This document shows, one piece after another, positions 28,401 to 38,811 of a stretch of DNA of 64,000 nucleotides. Position 1 is the first letter of the stretch. Each line of letters starts with the position of its first letter. Source of the DNA: Mytilus trossulus (taxonomy: Eukaryota); assembly GCF_036588685.1 (NCBI RefSeq), contig NC_086376.1, positions 30,628,001-30,692,000 of the forward strand, in the 5' to 3' direction. The notes below the pieces were generated by a model. It was not told the origin of the DNA. It ran no database searches and worked only from the letters and a program-made list of their open reading frames with translations. The position numbers and the translations under genes were made by a program.

Positions 28401-31158
28401 AGTCTATATCTATTGTCTGTGGTTCTTAGGTACAGTTTATATGTCTTGTCTGTGGTTCTTATATACAGTTTATATGTATTGTTTGTGGTTCTTATATACA
28501 GTTTATATGTCTTGTCTGTGGTTCTTAGGTACAGCTTATATGTATTGTTTGTGGTTCTTATATACAGTTTATATGTCTTGTCTGCGGTTCTTTTATACAG
28601 TTTATATGTCTTGTCTATGGTTCTTAGGTACAGCTTATATGTCTTGTCTGTGGTTCTTATATACAGTTTATATGTATTGTTTGTGGTTCTTATGTACAGT
28701 TTATATGTCTTGTCTGTGGTTCTTAGGTACAGCTTATATGTCTTGTCTGTGGTTCTTATATACAGTTTATATGTATTGTTTGTGGTTCTTATGTACAGTT
28801 TATATGTCTTGTCTGTGGTTCTTATGTACAGTTTATATGTCTTGTCTGTGGTTCTTATATACAGTTTATATGTATTGTTTGTGGTTCTTATATACAGTTT
28901 ATATGTCTTGTCTGTGGTTCTTAGGTACAGTTTATATGTCTTGTCTGTGGTTCTTATATACAGTTTATATGTATTGTTTGTGGTTCTTATATACAGTTTA
29001 TATGTCTTGTTTGTGGTTCTTATATACAGTTTATATGTCTTGTTTGTGGTTCTTATATACAGTTTATATGTCTTGTCTGTGGTTCTTAGGTACAGTTTAT
29101 ATGTCTTGTCTGTGGTTCTTAGGTACAGTTTATATGTATTGTTTGTGGTTCTTTTATAGTTTATATGTATTGTTTGTGGTTCTTATATACAGTTTATATG
29201 TATTGTTTGTGGTTCTTATATACAGTTTATATGTCTTGTTTGTGGTTCTTATATACAGTTTATATGTCTTGTCTGTGGTTCTTTTATAGTTTATATGTAT
29301 TGTTTGTGGTTCTTTTATAGTTTATATGTATTGTTTGTGGTTCTTATATACAGTTTATATGTATTGTTTGTGGTTCTTATATACAGTTTATATGTCTTGT
29401 TTGTGGTTCTTATATACAGTTTATATGTCTTGTCTGTGGTTCTTAGGTACAGCTTATATGTCTTGTCTGTGGTTCTTACATACAGTTTATATGTATTGTT
29501 TGTGGTTCTTATATACAGTTTATATGTCTTGTCTGTGGTTCTTTTATAGTTTATATGTATTGTTTGTGGTTCTTATATACAGTTTATATGTATTGTTTGT
29601 GGTTCTTATATACAGTTTATATGTCTTGTTTGTGGTTCTTATATACAGTTTATATGTCTTGTCTGTGGTTCTTAGGTACAGCTTATATGTCTTGTCTGTG
29701 GTTCTTACATACAGTTTATATGTCTTGTTTGTGGTTCTTATATACAGTTTATATGTATTGTTTGTGGTTCTTTTATAGTTTATATGTATTGTTTGTGGTT
29801 CTTATATACAGTTTATATGTATTGTTTGTGGTTCTTATATACAGTTTATATGTCTTGTTTGTGGTTCTTATATACAGTTTATATGTCTTGTCTGTGGTTC
29901 TTAGGTACAGCTTATATGTCTTGTCTGTGGTTCTTACATACAGTTTATATGTATTGTTTGTGGTTCTTATATACAGTTTATATGTCTTGTCTGTGGTTCT
30001 TATGTACAGTTTATGTTTCTGGTCTGTGGTTCTTAGGTACAGTTTATATGTCTTGTCTGTGGTTCTTAGGTACAGCTTATATGTCTTGTCTGTGGTTCTT
30101 ATGTACAGTTTATATGTATTGTTTGTGGTTCTTATATACAGTTTATATGTCTTGTCTGTGGTTCTTATGTACAGTTTATGTTTCTGGTCTGTGGTTCTTA
30201 GGTACAGTTTATATGTATTGTTTGTGGTTCTTATATACAGTTTATATGTCTTGTCTGTGGTTCTTATGTACAGTTTATGTTTCTGGTCTGTGGTTCTTAG
30301 GTACAGTTTATATGTAATGTTTGTGGTTCTTTTATAGTTTATATGTCTTGTCTGTGGTTCTTAGGTAGAGTCTTTATGTCTGTGGTTCTTAGGTAGTCTA
30401 TATCTATTGTCTGTGGTTCTTAGGTATAGTCTTTATGTCTTGCCTGTGGTTCTTATATACAGTTTATATGTCTTGTCTGTGGTTCTTATGTACAGTTTAT
30501 ATGTCTTGTCTGCGTTCTTTTATACAGTTTATATGTCTTGTCTGTGGTTCTAAGGTAGAGTCTTTATGTTTGTGGTTCTTATTTACAGTCTATATCTATT
30601 GTCTGTGGTTCTTATGTACAGTTTATATGTCTTATCTGTGGTTCTTATGTACAGTTTATATGTCTTGTCTGTGGTTCTTATGATAGTCTTTATGTCTTGT
30701 CTGTGGTTCTTAGGTACAGTCTATATGTATTGTAAATCCCGGCATCCCGAAAGCGGAAATGAAGAATTCCCGGATCCCGAAAGGATCAATCCGGAAATCC
30801 CGAGCTTATTAACAGCCGATACCGGAGTCCTGATAAAGGTCCTATCCCCCCTCATTTGACGCAAATGGTAGCCGAAAATGACTGAAGTAAACAGACATTA
30901 CTACCCTCAAGAATACAAAAAGGTGAAGTAACTTTGGTATTTTCATCTTTTAATCAGTGGTAGATCCAAAATTGTTTATGAAGCGGCCCATAGACTGCCA
31001 CGAAGGCGGGACAGCTCCAGTCAGGCTGAAGTAATCCCTTGTCTAATCATCAATTGTTTCCAACAAAAAAGGGGGACATTTTTTTGCTTTAAAGTTTAAT
31101 GCAAAGGTTATATTTGCAATATGATGGTTCTATTTTAATGTGTTACCCTTTTCGGCAT
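13414..31158 (-). CDS. ~500-aa protein: NRF1/ewg/P3A2-like DNA-binding region + acidic linker + Ulp1/SENP (peptidase C48) domain + PHD finger
   Basis: Phase-consistent exons in transcript order: 31147-31158, 26050-26091, 25665-25743, 25364-25459, 24709-24786, 23936-23948, 22251-22351, 21414-21478, 21011-21054, 20255-20319, 19775-19795, 18925-18984, 18240-18376, 17904-18032, 17136-17204, 16023-16111, 15310-15439, 14605-14704, 14302-14363, 13414-13524 (1503 nt, no internal stop). C48 motifs: SLKKNSWVTDKIMDAYLELV, SHWDLLII, FLNPMG, QQDGSSCGIYCLMFADKYL. PHD: CPCC..VKCITCCKFFHKKSHCVG..FTCALD. The 3' ten exons are secure; the 78-nt and 13-nt exons are less so. Confidence 0.82.
15310..18376 (-). CDS. 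Ulp1/SENP-like cysteine protease (C48) catalytic exons of the gene above
   Basis: W-x-T-D-x-I-M-D-A-Y-L motif, catalytic His in HWDLL (exon 17136-17204), oxyanion Gln and catalytic Cys in QQDGSSCG (exon 15310-15439). Confidence 0.9.
16484..17070. mobile_element. Non-autonomous element with long terminal hairpin (Crypton-like), intronic
   Basis: ~140-bp near-perfect palindrome at 16484-16625 (TTCAGGTCTCAGA..ATATACTGTGACATTCCTGGCTTAG / CTAAGCCAGGAATGTCACAGTATAT..TCTGAGACCTGAA) with a GCCGAGGCGAAGG loop. Second inverted pair ATTACGGATTAC (16628) / GTAATCCGTAAT (17056). Confidence 0.6.
20500..20892 (-). mobile_element. HINE/pearl-like (Helentron-associated) non-autonomous element, decayed
   Basis: Two diverged internal repeats (AACTCTAGAAC...CTTGAT...GTTTCATAACATTT), GACA microsatellite and terminal hairpin TATGCCCC..GGGCATA. 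Confidence 0.5.
23355..23535 (+). mobile_element. Abundant SINE-like repeat (..TTGTCTCATTGGCAATCATACCACATCTTCT family)
   Basis: The same family recurs in either orientation at ~34490-34890, 40545-40810, 44620-44820, 48170-48450, 49730-49810, 51270-51580 and 52395-52510. Confidence 0.8.
24349..24564. mobile_element. TA-flanked MITE (TACTGT...CAGTA), Tc1/mariner-like
   Basis: TACTGTAAAAAC...GTTTCTGCAGTA termini with internal CCACGAA-type repeats. Relatives at 42746-42940 and 61824-62033. Confidence 0.5.
26340..30732 (+). repeat. 33-bp minisatellite array C (~130 units), consensus TCTGTGGTTCTTAGGTACAGTTTATATGTCTTG, inside intron 1 of the Ulp1 gene
   Basis: Tandem periodicity with recurrent 31-bp and shorter deletion variants. 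Higher-order blocks, e.g. 229-bp and ~490-bp offsets between near-identical ORFs. Confidence 0.97.
30735..30855 (-). mobile_element. Truncated MITE (ATGAGGGGG.. termini family)
   Basis: Reverse complement of the 5' half of the element at 58228-58427 (ATGAGGGGGGATAGGACCTTTA...CGGGATTTC). Confidence 0.75.
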
Positions 31159-31159
31159 C

Positions 31160-31340
31160 TTCTAGACTGTCTCAGTAGTAAAGTAAAGTTAAAACGAAAG
31201 TAAACATAAACTTCGGAACCTCTCTTCTTTGTCTAAAAAATCCGAGTTTGATTAAGAGCCAATGGTAAGATAGATGACAAAAATGATTGGTAAATTAACC
31301 AATCAGAGCGTGGTCCATATCGTGGTTTTTAAATGGTAAG
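31160..31340. promoter_or_regulatory. Probable bidirectional CCAAT-box promoter of the Ulp1 gene
   Basis: Three CCAAT boxes (AGCCAATG ~31257, TGATTGG ~31284, AACCAATCAG ~31297) and CGAAAGTAAA ~31196 lie just upstream of the - strand ATG at 31158. A + strand donor AAATG/GTAAGA is at 31336. Confidence 0.55.
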
Positions 31341-31559
31341 AACCACAACTATTATACCTCCCGTTTTTGTAAAAACAACAGCACTCGAGGTCTGACAGTA
31401 TTTTACCAAGAAATGCACAAAATATTCAAAAAGAAGGCCTAGAAAATTTAAATATTGGTATGCACACATACTCCCCTGTCAGCACAGACAATTATATTTT
31501 TGTAAACGCGCCAAACTCGTTTCTAATATTTATAATAGAACTGAAAAGAAAATTGAAAT

Positions 31560-32015
31560 GGAAATGGGGAATGTATCAAAGAGATAACAACATGACCAAA
31601 GAGCAGATAACAGCCATAGGTCACCAATGGGTCTTCATTGCAACGAGAAAATCCCGAAACATGAGACTTGGGTGGATCCTGAGTCATATAAAGGGGTTCC
31701 TAACCCAGGACAAATTTGGGGGGGGGGGGGGGGGGGTGTGTTAAACTACATGTCCCCATTCAAATGCATTGATCGTCCAGTAAAGAAAGGGGGGGTTCCA
31801 ACATGTCCAACCCTCAGCCCCCTGGATCCGTGCCTGTGAGGCATGCTTTAGCTTGCCATTAAACAAAAATGTATACTAGTTGAGTGATAATGGACGTCAT
31901 ACTAAACTTTTCAATACAAAGAAAAAGAAACTAAAATAAAAATCATACAAAGGTCACAAAGGCCATAACTTCTGGCTCCTGAATAAGAAAAAGTGCAAAA
32001 TGCAGTGGGGATAAA
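31560..32015 (-). mobile_element. SINE-like repeat interrupted by a GGATCC-type MITE (~31666-31838)
   Basis: Flanks match 5735-5905 in reverse. The insert has inverted ends GGTGGATCC...GGATCCGTGCCTG and poly-G tracts. Confidence 0.65.
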
Positions 32016-32244
32016 AGCCTTTACTGTAAATCCTGAAATTACAATTATATAAATCATCTCGCATCTTTGTGCATTTCTTGAAATTGGTCATATTAATAAA
32101 TGCATGCAATATTTTCAGAAAATTTCAATATATAGGCTTTTTTAAAAAAAGTCAATCTTGTGCATGATTATCAATGATTATACTCGCACAATTAACACAT
32201 GTGGTTCTCAAAACTCAAAGGTGTCTATGCTATTTATGACAACT

Positions 32245-32725
32245 TTTATACCCCCGCTTTCAAAAAAGGGGGGTATACTGTTTTACCTCTGTCTGTCAGT
32301 CCGTCCGTCCGTCAGTCAGTCAGTCCGTCCCATGAATATTTTTCTTCGCATTTTTCGCAGGAACTACAATACAAGGATTTCTGAAATTTGGTTTCAGGGT
32401 TTATCTAAGTCATTTATACCATGTGATGCGTTTTCAGATTGATCACTTGTCAACTTCCTGTTAACCGAACACTTGTATGATTTTACACATGATACTGAGC
32501 CAAGTTGAAAATTTTCGTCACATTTTTCTCAGGAACTACAATACAAGGATTTCTTTAATTTTGTTTTAGGATTTATATAAGTCAGCTATACCGTGTGATG
32601 CGTTTTCAGATTCATCACTCGACAACTTCCTGTTTACCGAACACTTGCATATTTTTACACTATTTATATTATCCACTTGCGGCGGGGGTATCATCAGTGA
32701 GCAGTAGCTCGCAGTTTCACTTGTT
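32245..32725 (+). mobile_element. HINE/DINE-1/pearl-like Helentron-associated element
   Basis: TT-flanked. Subterminal IR ATACCCCCGC / GCGGGGGTAT, (CCGT/CAGT)n microsatellite, two ~175-bp internal tandem repeats, 3' hairpin AGTGAGC..GCTCGC. Confidence 0.8.
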
Positions 32726-33304
32726 AATAAAGTATAAATTTACAAAATATGTTTAGAACTATATGATTTTTATGTTTTTAAGCATAGATATAGTAGGTCA
32801 GGATCTGCCAACTCTCACTGACTGACTGAGCACATAAATTCAACACTAGTTTTTTGGTGTTGCTTAGTGTTTTGTTTTGTTTTGTTTTTCTTTTCTGCAT
32901 CTTATGTTTTGCCTTGGCATTGTCAGTTTCTCTTTCATTGCCTTTGGTTTTTTTTGTTATGTTAAATAACAAGTCACATATAACATGTATAATCATGATA
33001 ATTAAGGTCCTTTTTAATTTTTAGGGATTTTAAATTTTTTATTTAAAGTTAGGGATTTTATTCATAAAAGGGGGGATTTTCCAGTACGTATACTATTAAT
33101 AATGCTTTGAGCAATTTTAATGAAACTTGGTGAATTATTTTTGTATAACATAAACATGATAATTTTCCTTTTAATTTTAAAAAAAAATCTGATTTATGTC
33201 ATTGTACTATCATGACTTGGGATTAGGATAGTCTCAAGAATGCTTTCACAAATTTTTATGAAACTTTGGTGAATTGTTTTTATATCTTGACATAAACACC
33301 CTTT

Positions 33305-33880
33305 TTATTATTATGACCCAAAGTGGAGGGGGCATAATGTTTAACACTTTATCGTTTGTCCGTCTGTCCCAAAGTTGTTTTTTGTTCTCTTACATTACTT
33401 TAGTTTGCCTCAAACAAATTCAATTAAACTTTTACAAAAGCTTGTTATCACAATACTCAGATCAAGTTTGAATTTTGGTGATGTCAGTGTTACTGTACTA
33501 GAGTATCAGAGTTATGCCCCTTTAGAAATGGGGAAAATATGCTGAATTTTTGGTTTCCTGTTTTCTAAACTTTAGTTTGTCTCAACCAAATGTTATGAAA
33601 TCAATACACAATGCTTATAACCACAAAATACAGATTAAGTTTGAATTTTGGTAGTGTCTCTTTTACTAAATTCTATAGTTATGTTCTTTAAAAATGGAAA
33701 AAATTGTTTCAGCCTTCTAACTTAAGTTTCCCTCAACCAAATTTTATTAAACTTTAAAACAATACTTTTTATCACAATTTTAATCAGATCAATTTCAAAT
33801 TTTTGTAGTAAAACTTTTACCGTTCTTCAGTTATGTTCCTTTAAAACTTTGAATAATATGCAAGCTGGAGTATCATTCCC
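33305..33880 (+). mobile_element. Second, decayed HINE-like element
   Basis: 5' hairpin, GTCC microsatellite remnant, three diverged ~165-bp internal repeats. Confidence 0.55.
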
Positions 33881-35954
33881 TATTTATCATGTATATTTTT
33901 TTATAAGATGCAGAGTTAAGGAACTTTAGTTGTTGCAAAGTTATTTAAAATTTGTCCATTTTCAAAATCTTTGAAAGGTTTTAGAAATGTATTTGTTAAA
34001 AAAATCGCAGCCTTAAACTTATAGTCACTTGAGAGATCTATAAATTGAGCCAAATTATATACATGTTTTATGTCAATGAATACCACTGTTTGTGCATGTT
34101 TTTGTTTTTTTGGAGGGCGGGGGTCTTATTTGCGCAGTGCTCATAGTTTTTTAGTCGATCAATAAAATTCATTTAAAGCTTACAGACCAGCTATAAGGGC
34201 AAGAAGCTTATCAAGCACTCATGGTTTAGATTTTTATTAAACACACATTAATATACATATAAATGTACATTAAACAGAAAAAATATTGATGCAAGATGTC
34301 ATTCAACTTTTACTCTTTTATGTATAGGACAAGAACTATAGAAGGTACAGAGAAATAATATACAGCAGAAATGATAGGCAATGTAAAATTTGCAGAAGCC
34401 AACTAAACCTAAATGGTAAGGCACCTTTTAATTTTAAAAAGTTATTGAACTTGAAAGATGATTACTAGTATCATGATTACTATAAAAACTCAAAGATGTG
34501 GTATATTAAATATGAAAACTATCACGGCTTTGAGAAAGAAATTGTAGGCCTGTTATGACCTTCAATAATGAGAAAATCAATACCCTATACTATAGTCAAA
34601 GTATAAAAGACCTAAAGATGAAACATTGAAACAATTCAAACTGTAAAACTAATCATGCTAATTGCCTAGTTTATAACAAAATAAATTACAAAAAATAAAT
34701 ATGACCGGTATGAAACAACAACAACAACAACCACTAAATTTTAGTGTCAGACTAAACTGATAAAAGCTACAGGCTCTGAACTTTGGACAGGCACAATAGG
34801 AATATGGCAAGGTTATATAAAAATAAGATGTGGTATGATTACCAATAAGACAACTCTCCACCAGACAACCAATGATGTAAATTTCCTGCAAACATGGACT
34901 TGACTACTGTAAATCAACTAATTTTTCGTGAATACTTTATCTTGCATTTTATACTTTTTAGTCTACATCGCAGTTATTTATTTTTCTCGAGTTCAAGTTT
35001 ACTTAATGTATTTTAATAAGGAAAGATACACATGAAAAACATTTATTGCTGTTTCTCTCTCCATTTATAACATTTTATTTGCTTTTTTTGTGTATTTATA
35101 GGTGATCAGACATCTCAGTTTTCATGATTACTGAAGAGGAAACTTAAAGTTGAAATTTATTTACATAGTGCATAATTGGAATAATTTGAAATGGAATGTG
35201 TGCTTTCCTGCAAAAAAGAAATAGGAAATTTCAACATGTGATAATGACCATATAAAACAAAATGGAGTTCTATCATAGATACCCGAAAACACTATTGCAT
35301 AAAAGCAACAACATATCTTAATCAAAAGAAAGGAGAATGCAGAATAAATACTATTTTGTTGTTGAAAAAAGGATAACCAGTTTTATCCACTCATTTACAT
35401 CGCTCCCTCATATCAAATATACAGAAGAAGATCATTGAAGAACAATTTGCAAAAATGATTTCTCTTAGAATTGAAGGGAATTGTTTAGTGAATGGAATAA
35501 TGTATTCACTGAATTCTTACATAGTGGATTGAATAACTGTACACAAGCTGAAACAGAAGAAATTCTAATTTAAAATAACACGAAAAGTGTTTATTTTATT
35601 ATTTAATCTGCAAATATATAAATATTTTTTTTAGAACACCACAAATGATATAATGACATTCAAATTGGTTGCTTATTATTGTATCGCATTGAAACAATTA
35701 CAAAGAAAACAGAAGCATTTGCTCCAAAAAAATTATAAATCAAAGTTAAATTTATATAAAAAGTATAAACAATACCTAGATCTAAACAGTCAGACTGTAT
35801 TATTTTCAATGTCATTAAAATTTTGAGTCAAACATTTATTATTAAATTTTTAAATATCATTTGCATCAATTCTACAGTCTTTTAATAATTATATTCATAC
35901 TGTTAGTATACATGGTGTAGTGAAGAAATGTTTAACAAGTAAAAATAAGGAAAA

Positions 35955-36390
35955 ACATTTCCTTAAGGGAAATTTGATGTTCAGAAATTTCCTTGGAGGA
36001 AATTTGAAGAACAATGATTTCCTCAGAGGAAATTTGTTGTCTTGAATTTTCCTCCAAGGAAAAGTGTTTGTCAAAAATTTCCTCACAGGAAAAAAAATTT
36101 CCTCAAAGGAAAATGTGAAGCTACAAATTTCCTCACAGGAAAAAGTATTTCCTCAAAGGAAAATTTGAAGCTGCAAATTTCCTCAAAGGAAAATTTGAAG
36201 CTGCAAATTTCCTCAAAGGAAAAAGAATTTCCTCTAAGGAAAAAGAATTTCCTCTAAGGAAATAATTATGCAGCAAATTCCCTAAGGGAAATCTTTTTCC
36301 CTTGAGGAAAAAACAATTTCCCTTGAGGAAAAATCTTTTTCCTTCAGGGAAATTTGATTTCCCTTGAGGAAAAGTACTTTTCCTCTGAGG
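35955..36390. repeat. Cluster of palindromic TTTCCTCAAAGGAAA-type repeats (subterminal-repeat-like)
   Basis: About 20 copies of TTTCC(N5)GGAAA at ~20-31 bp spacing, switching polarity (TTTCCTCAAAGGAAA to TTTCCCTTGAGGAAA) near 36280. Confidence 0.9.
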
Positions 36391-36558
36391 AATTTGTTGA
36401 AAAAAGGGGCATAACTTTTTCAACAGTGGTGCTAGAGCCAAATTTTTTTAGGACAAATATCAGGGAACCAATACCAACCAAGTTATCAACTTTGTTTTGA
36501 CTTAAGTCTAAAAATTAAGGTGACAACTTTTGCACTCAGCGGAATTGCAAACTTGTCC

Positions 36559-38811
36559 CGGAGACTGTACTACGTTGTTGATATCAACAAATATGGCATT
36601 GATTTAAGTGGGATAACGACACTTACATTTGAGGCGAAGGCATGTCGAGATGTTTCAATTATTATGTCCAATTCAGTTGATGGAGATTCCTCAAAGCCCA
36701 TGTATGGTTTTATTATTGGTGGCTGGGCAAATGGAAAATCAGCTATTCGAAAACGGTATGACGATTCACTAACAAAGGATAGCAAGCAAAGCGTCAAATA
36801 CGACACCCCTGACGTTTGTAAATGTGATGAGTACCGACCATTTTGGATCAGTGCCATAAACGGAGATCTAAGGATAGGAAGAGGACTTATCATTGGTATA
36901 AAGGTTATAGCTGAGTGGACCGACCCAAATCCCTTTACAGTAAGAAGCATAGGAATATACACAAATCATGATAATTTAGGAGAATGGAAGGTACAATTAG
37001 AAGGTAAAAGTGTTTCACCTTCTCAATTTCTTAATGGCTTCAATACAATAGTTATTGTTTATAAGAGTTTGTAAATTTTGTTCTTTGAATTCAATTGAGA
37101 ATGAAATTTATTTCCTGATGAAATGCCCAGTATTCGAACAACAGCGAAAAGTAATTCTTCTTTAAAAATGGTTTATAATTAATATAAATACATAAAACAC
37201 ATGGTTGTTTGGTTTCTGACTTGCAAACATGAAGAAGTATGGAACATTGGGACTTTCATTTTTTATAAATATTTAACGATAAGAAAACAGATGCTATAGT
37301 TAAATCCATATTATCATATTAAACAATATCATTGTTGTTTTTTTGCTTCACAATATCTTATTATTTTGGAGTGAACACGTAGAACAAGATAGCATTACAA
37401 GGCAGTAAGAAACTTAAATCATTTATTCAATCATTCTGCATTCAAATATCCGAACAAGACCATTTACAAGAAGATAATGTATTGCCAAATAAGGGGCACA
37501 TAGAGCATGTATAAGGGAAAAAACAACATTGATTAGTATAGATATTAAGAATCTAATTACACAATCACAATACAATTTGATTGTAACAAAAACTTTGGTT
37601 TACAATATAGTTACATGAAAAATAAATAGATCTAACTCATATTCGTATCGAGGACCTGATTGTCTTCACACTTAAATAAATTAATTTTTGCTGATTATTC
37701 AGTGTAGATAAGTTTAAAATTTCTTAAGCAATGTCAAAGAGGGCATCTCTATCAGACTTCACATGAAGTTAAGAATTGATTTCAGCTTCAACACAATCGA
37801 GGAGCGTTTTTTTTTGGTCAATTCTGTCATTTCGTGGAATATTTGAAAAACGACCATTCCAATTAAAATATAGATCTCTGATTTCGCCATACTACGTTAT
37901 ACTACATATTTTAGATCAAATAACTACCGTAATCTCTTTTAAAATTTATATTGTCCAAAATGTTTACTTCTTGTCTAATTTACCAAAAAACTTCTACCAA
38001 GGAGTATTGTTAGATTTGTGAATTGTGAAGTTCTCGAACTTGTATTTTCATGTGTTTTGTAGTTGTAAACAACCTTTACGATGGCAGATTCTCTAGATGT
38101 AAAACAAACTATAAAGCAGACTTGACCATTTTGTTCTCAAAGAAAATACCATTGTTGCAATGTGCTGCCGTGTGTGATACGCAACTCTCATGCATCGGAT
38201 TCAACTATCATAATCAAAGGTAGGTTTTGATCCTCTGCATTGTCATTCCTCCAAATTATCTGAACCATTAAAAAGTATACTGGTATTAGATATATCGGAC
38301 AGATATACCACATACAATACCAAAATTTGAAACAGTGATGACATAAGCCAAACTTCTTTACTTTGGAGAGAGCGGAGGATATGACCCGAAAGAAAACGAC
38401 GTATGGAGTTTCTGTAGTGTATGATGCACGTCCGTCGCGTGAATATTTTTCGTCGCATCTTTCTCAGGAACTTTATAAAATTATAAACTTTTAGAGTTAA
38501 CAACCTTTAAAAAATTATATACTAAAACAAATCTAAATTTTAGATAAAAGAGGAAGAACACCGGTCATAATTTTGAAATCCTTTCATTATCCAAGAAGTA
38601 TTTTCTGAAAAGATTTAAGACGTAAAGCTAAATTCTATTAAAAAGAAAAAACCACATGAAGGTTATTAATGATTTAATCTATTTCAGCTGTGAACTAGTC
38701 GCAGTAAGTCCAGGTGTTATAACACAGATCCCTAAGATAAAAGAAGACGGTTGGAAATTTTATACAAAATGTTACAGATACGATAGTGCATGTCTTTGGT
38801 GTAACTTCTGA
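36559..38811 (+). CDS. Farnesoic acid O-methyltransferase-like (Methyltransf_FA) domain + PAN/Apple domain protein, 5'-truncated or interrupted
   Basis: Exon ~36559-37003: LTFEAKACRDVSI..MYGFIIGGWANGKSAIR..CDEYRPFWIS..IGRG..WTDPNPFTVRSIGI..GEW. Exon 38063-38219: LLQCAAVCDTQLSCIGFNY. Exon 38688-38811: CELV..GWKFY..*. Phases are consistent. No signal-peptide exon was found. Confidence 0.82.

Larger units (their letters stand above)
1..36558. mobile_element. Putative giant KDZ/Zisupton-type DNA transposon, right-hand portion (left end outside window)
   Basis: KDZ transposase and Ulp1-protease genes co-occur (a pairing known for Zisupton). Three related 33-bp arrays are confined to this interval. 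Palindromic subterminal-type repeats at 35955-36390 precede an abrupt junction into a host FAMeT exon at ~36558. No second terminus or TSD is visible, so the extent is inferred. Confidence 0.55.

Noticed and set aside
26570-30859. Hydrophobic repeat ORFs
   Set aside because: Translations of array C, frameshifted by 31-bp variants, and located in an intron.
35895-36441. ORFs 35895..36086, 36042..36257, 36133..36441
   Set aside because: Translations of the palindromic repeat cluster.
36570-36962. 130-aa minus-strand ORF
   Set aside because: Antisense shadow of the FAMeT exon.
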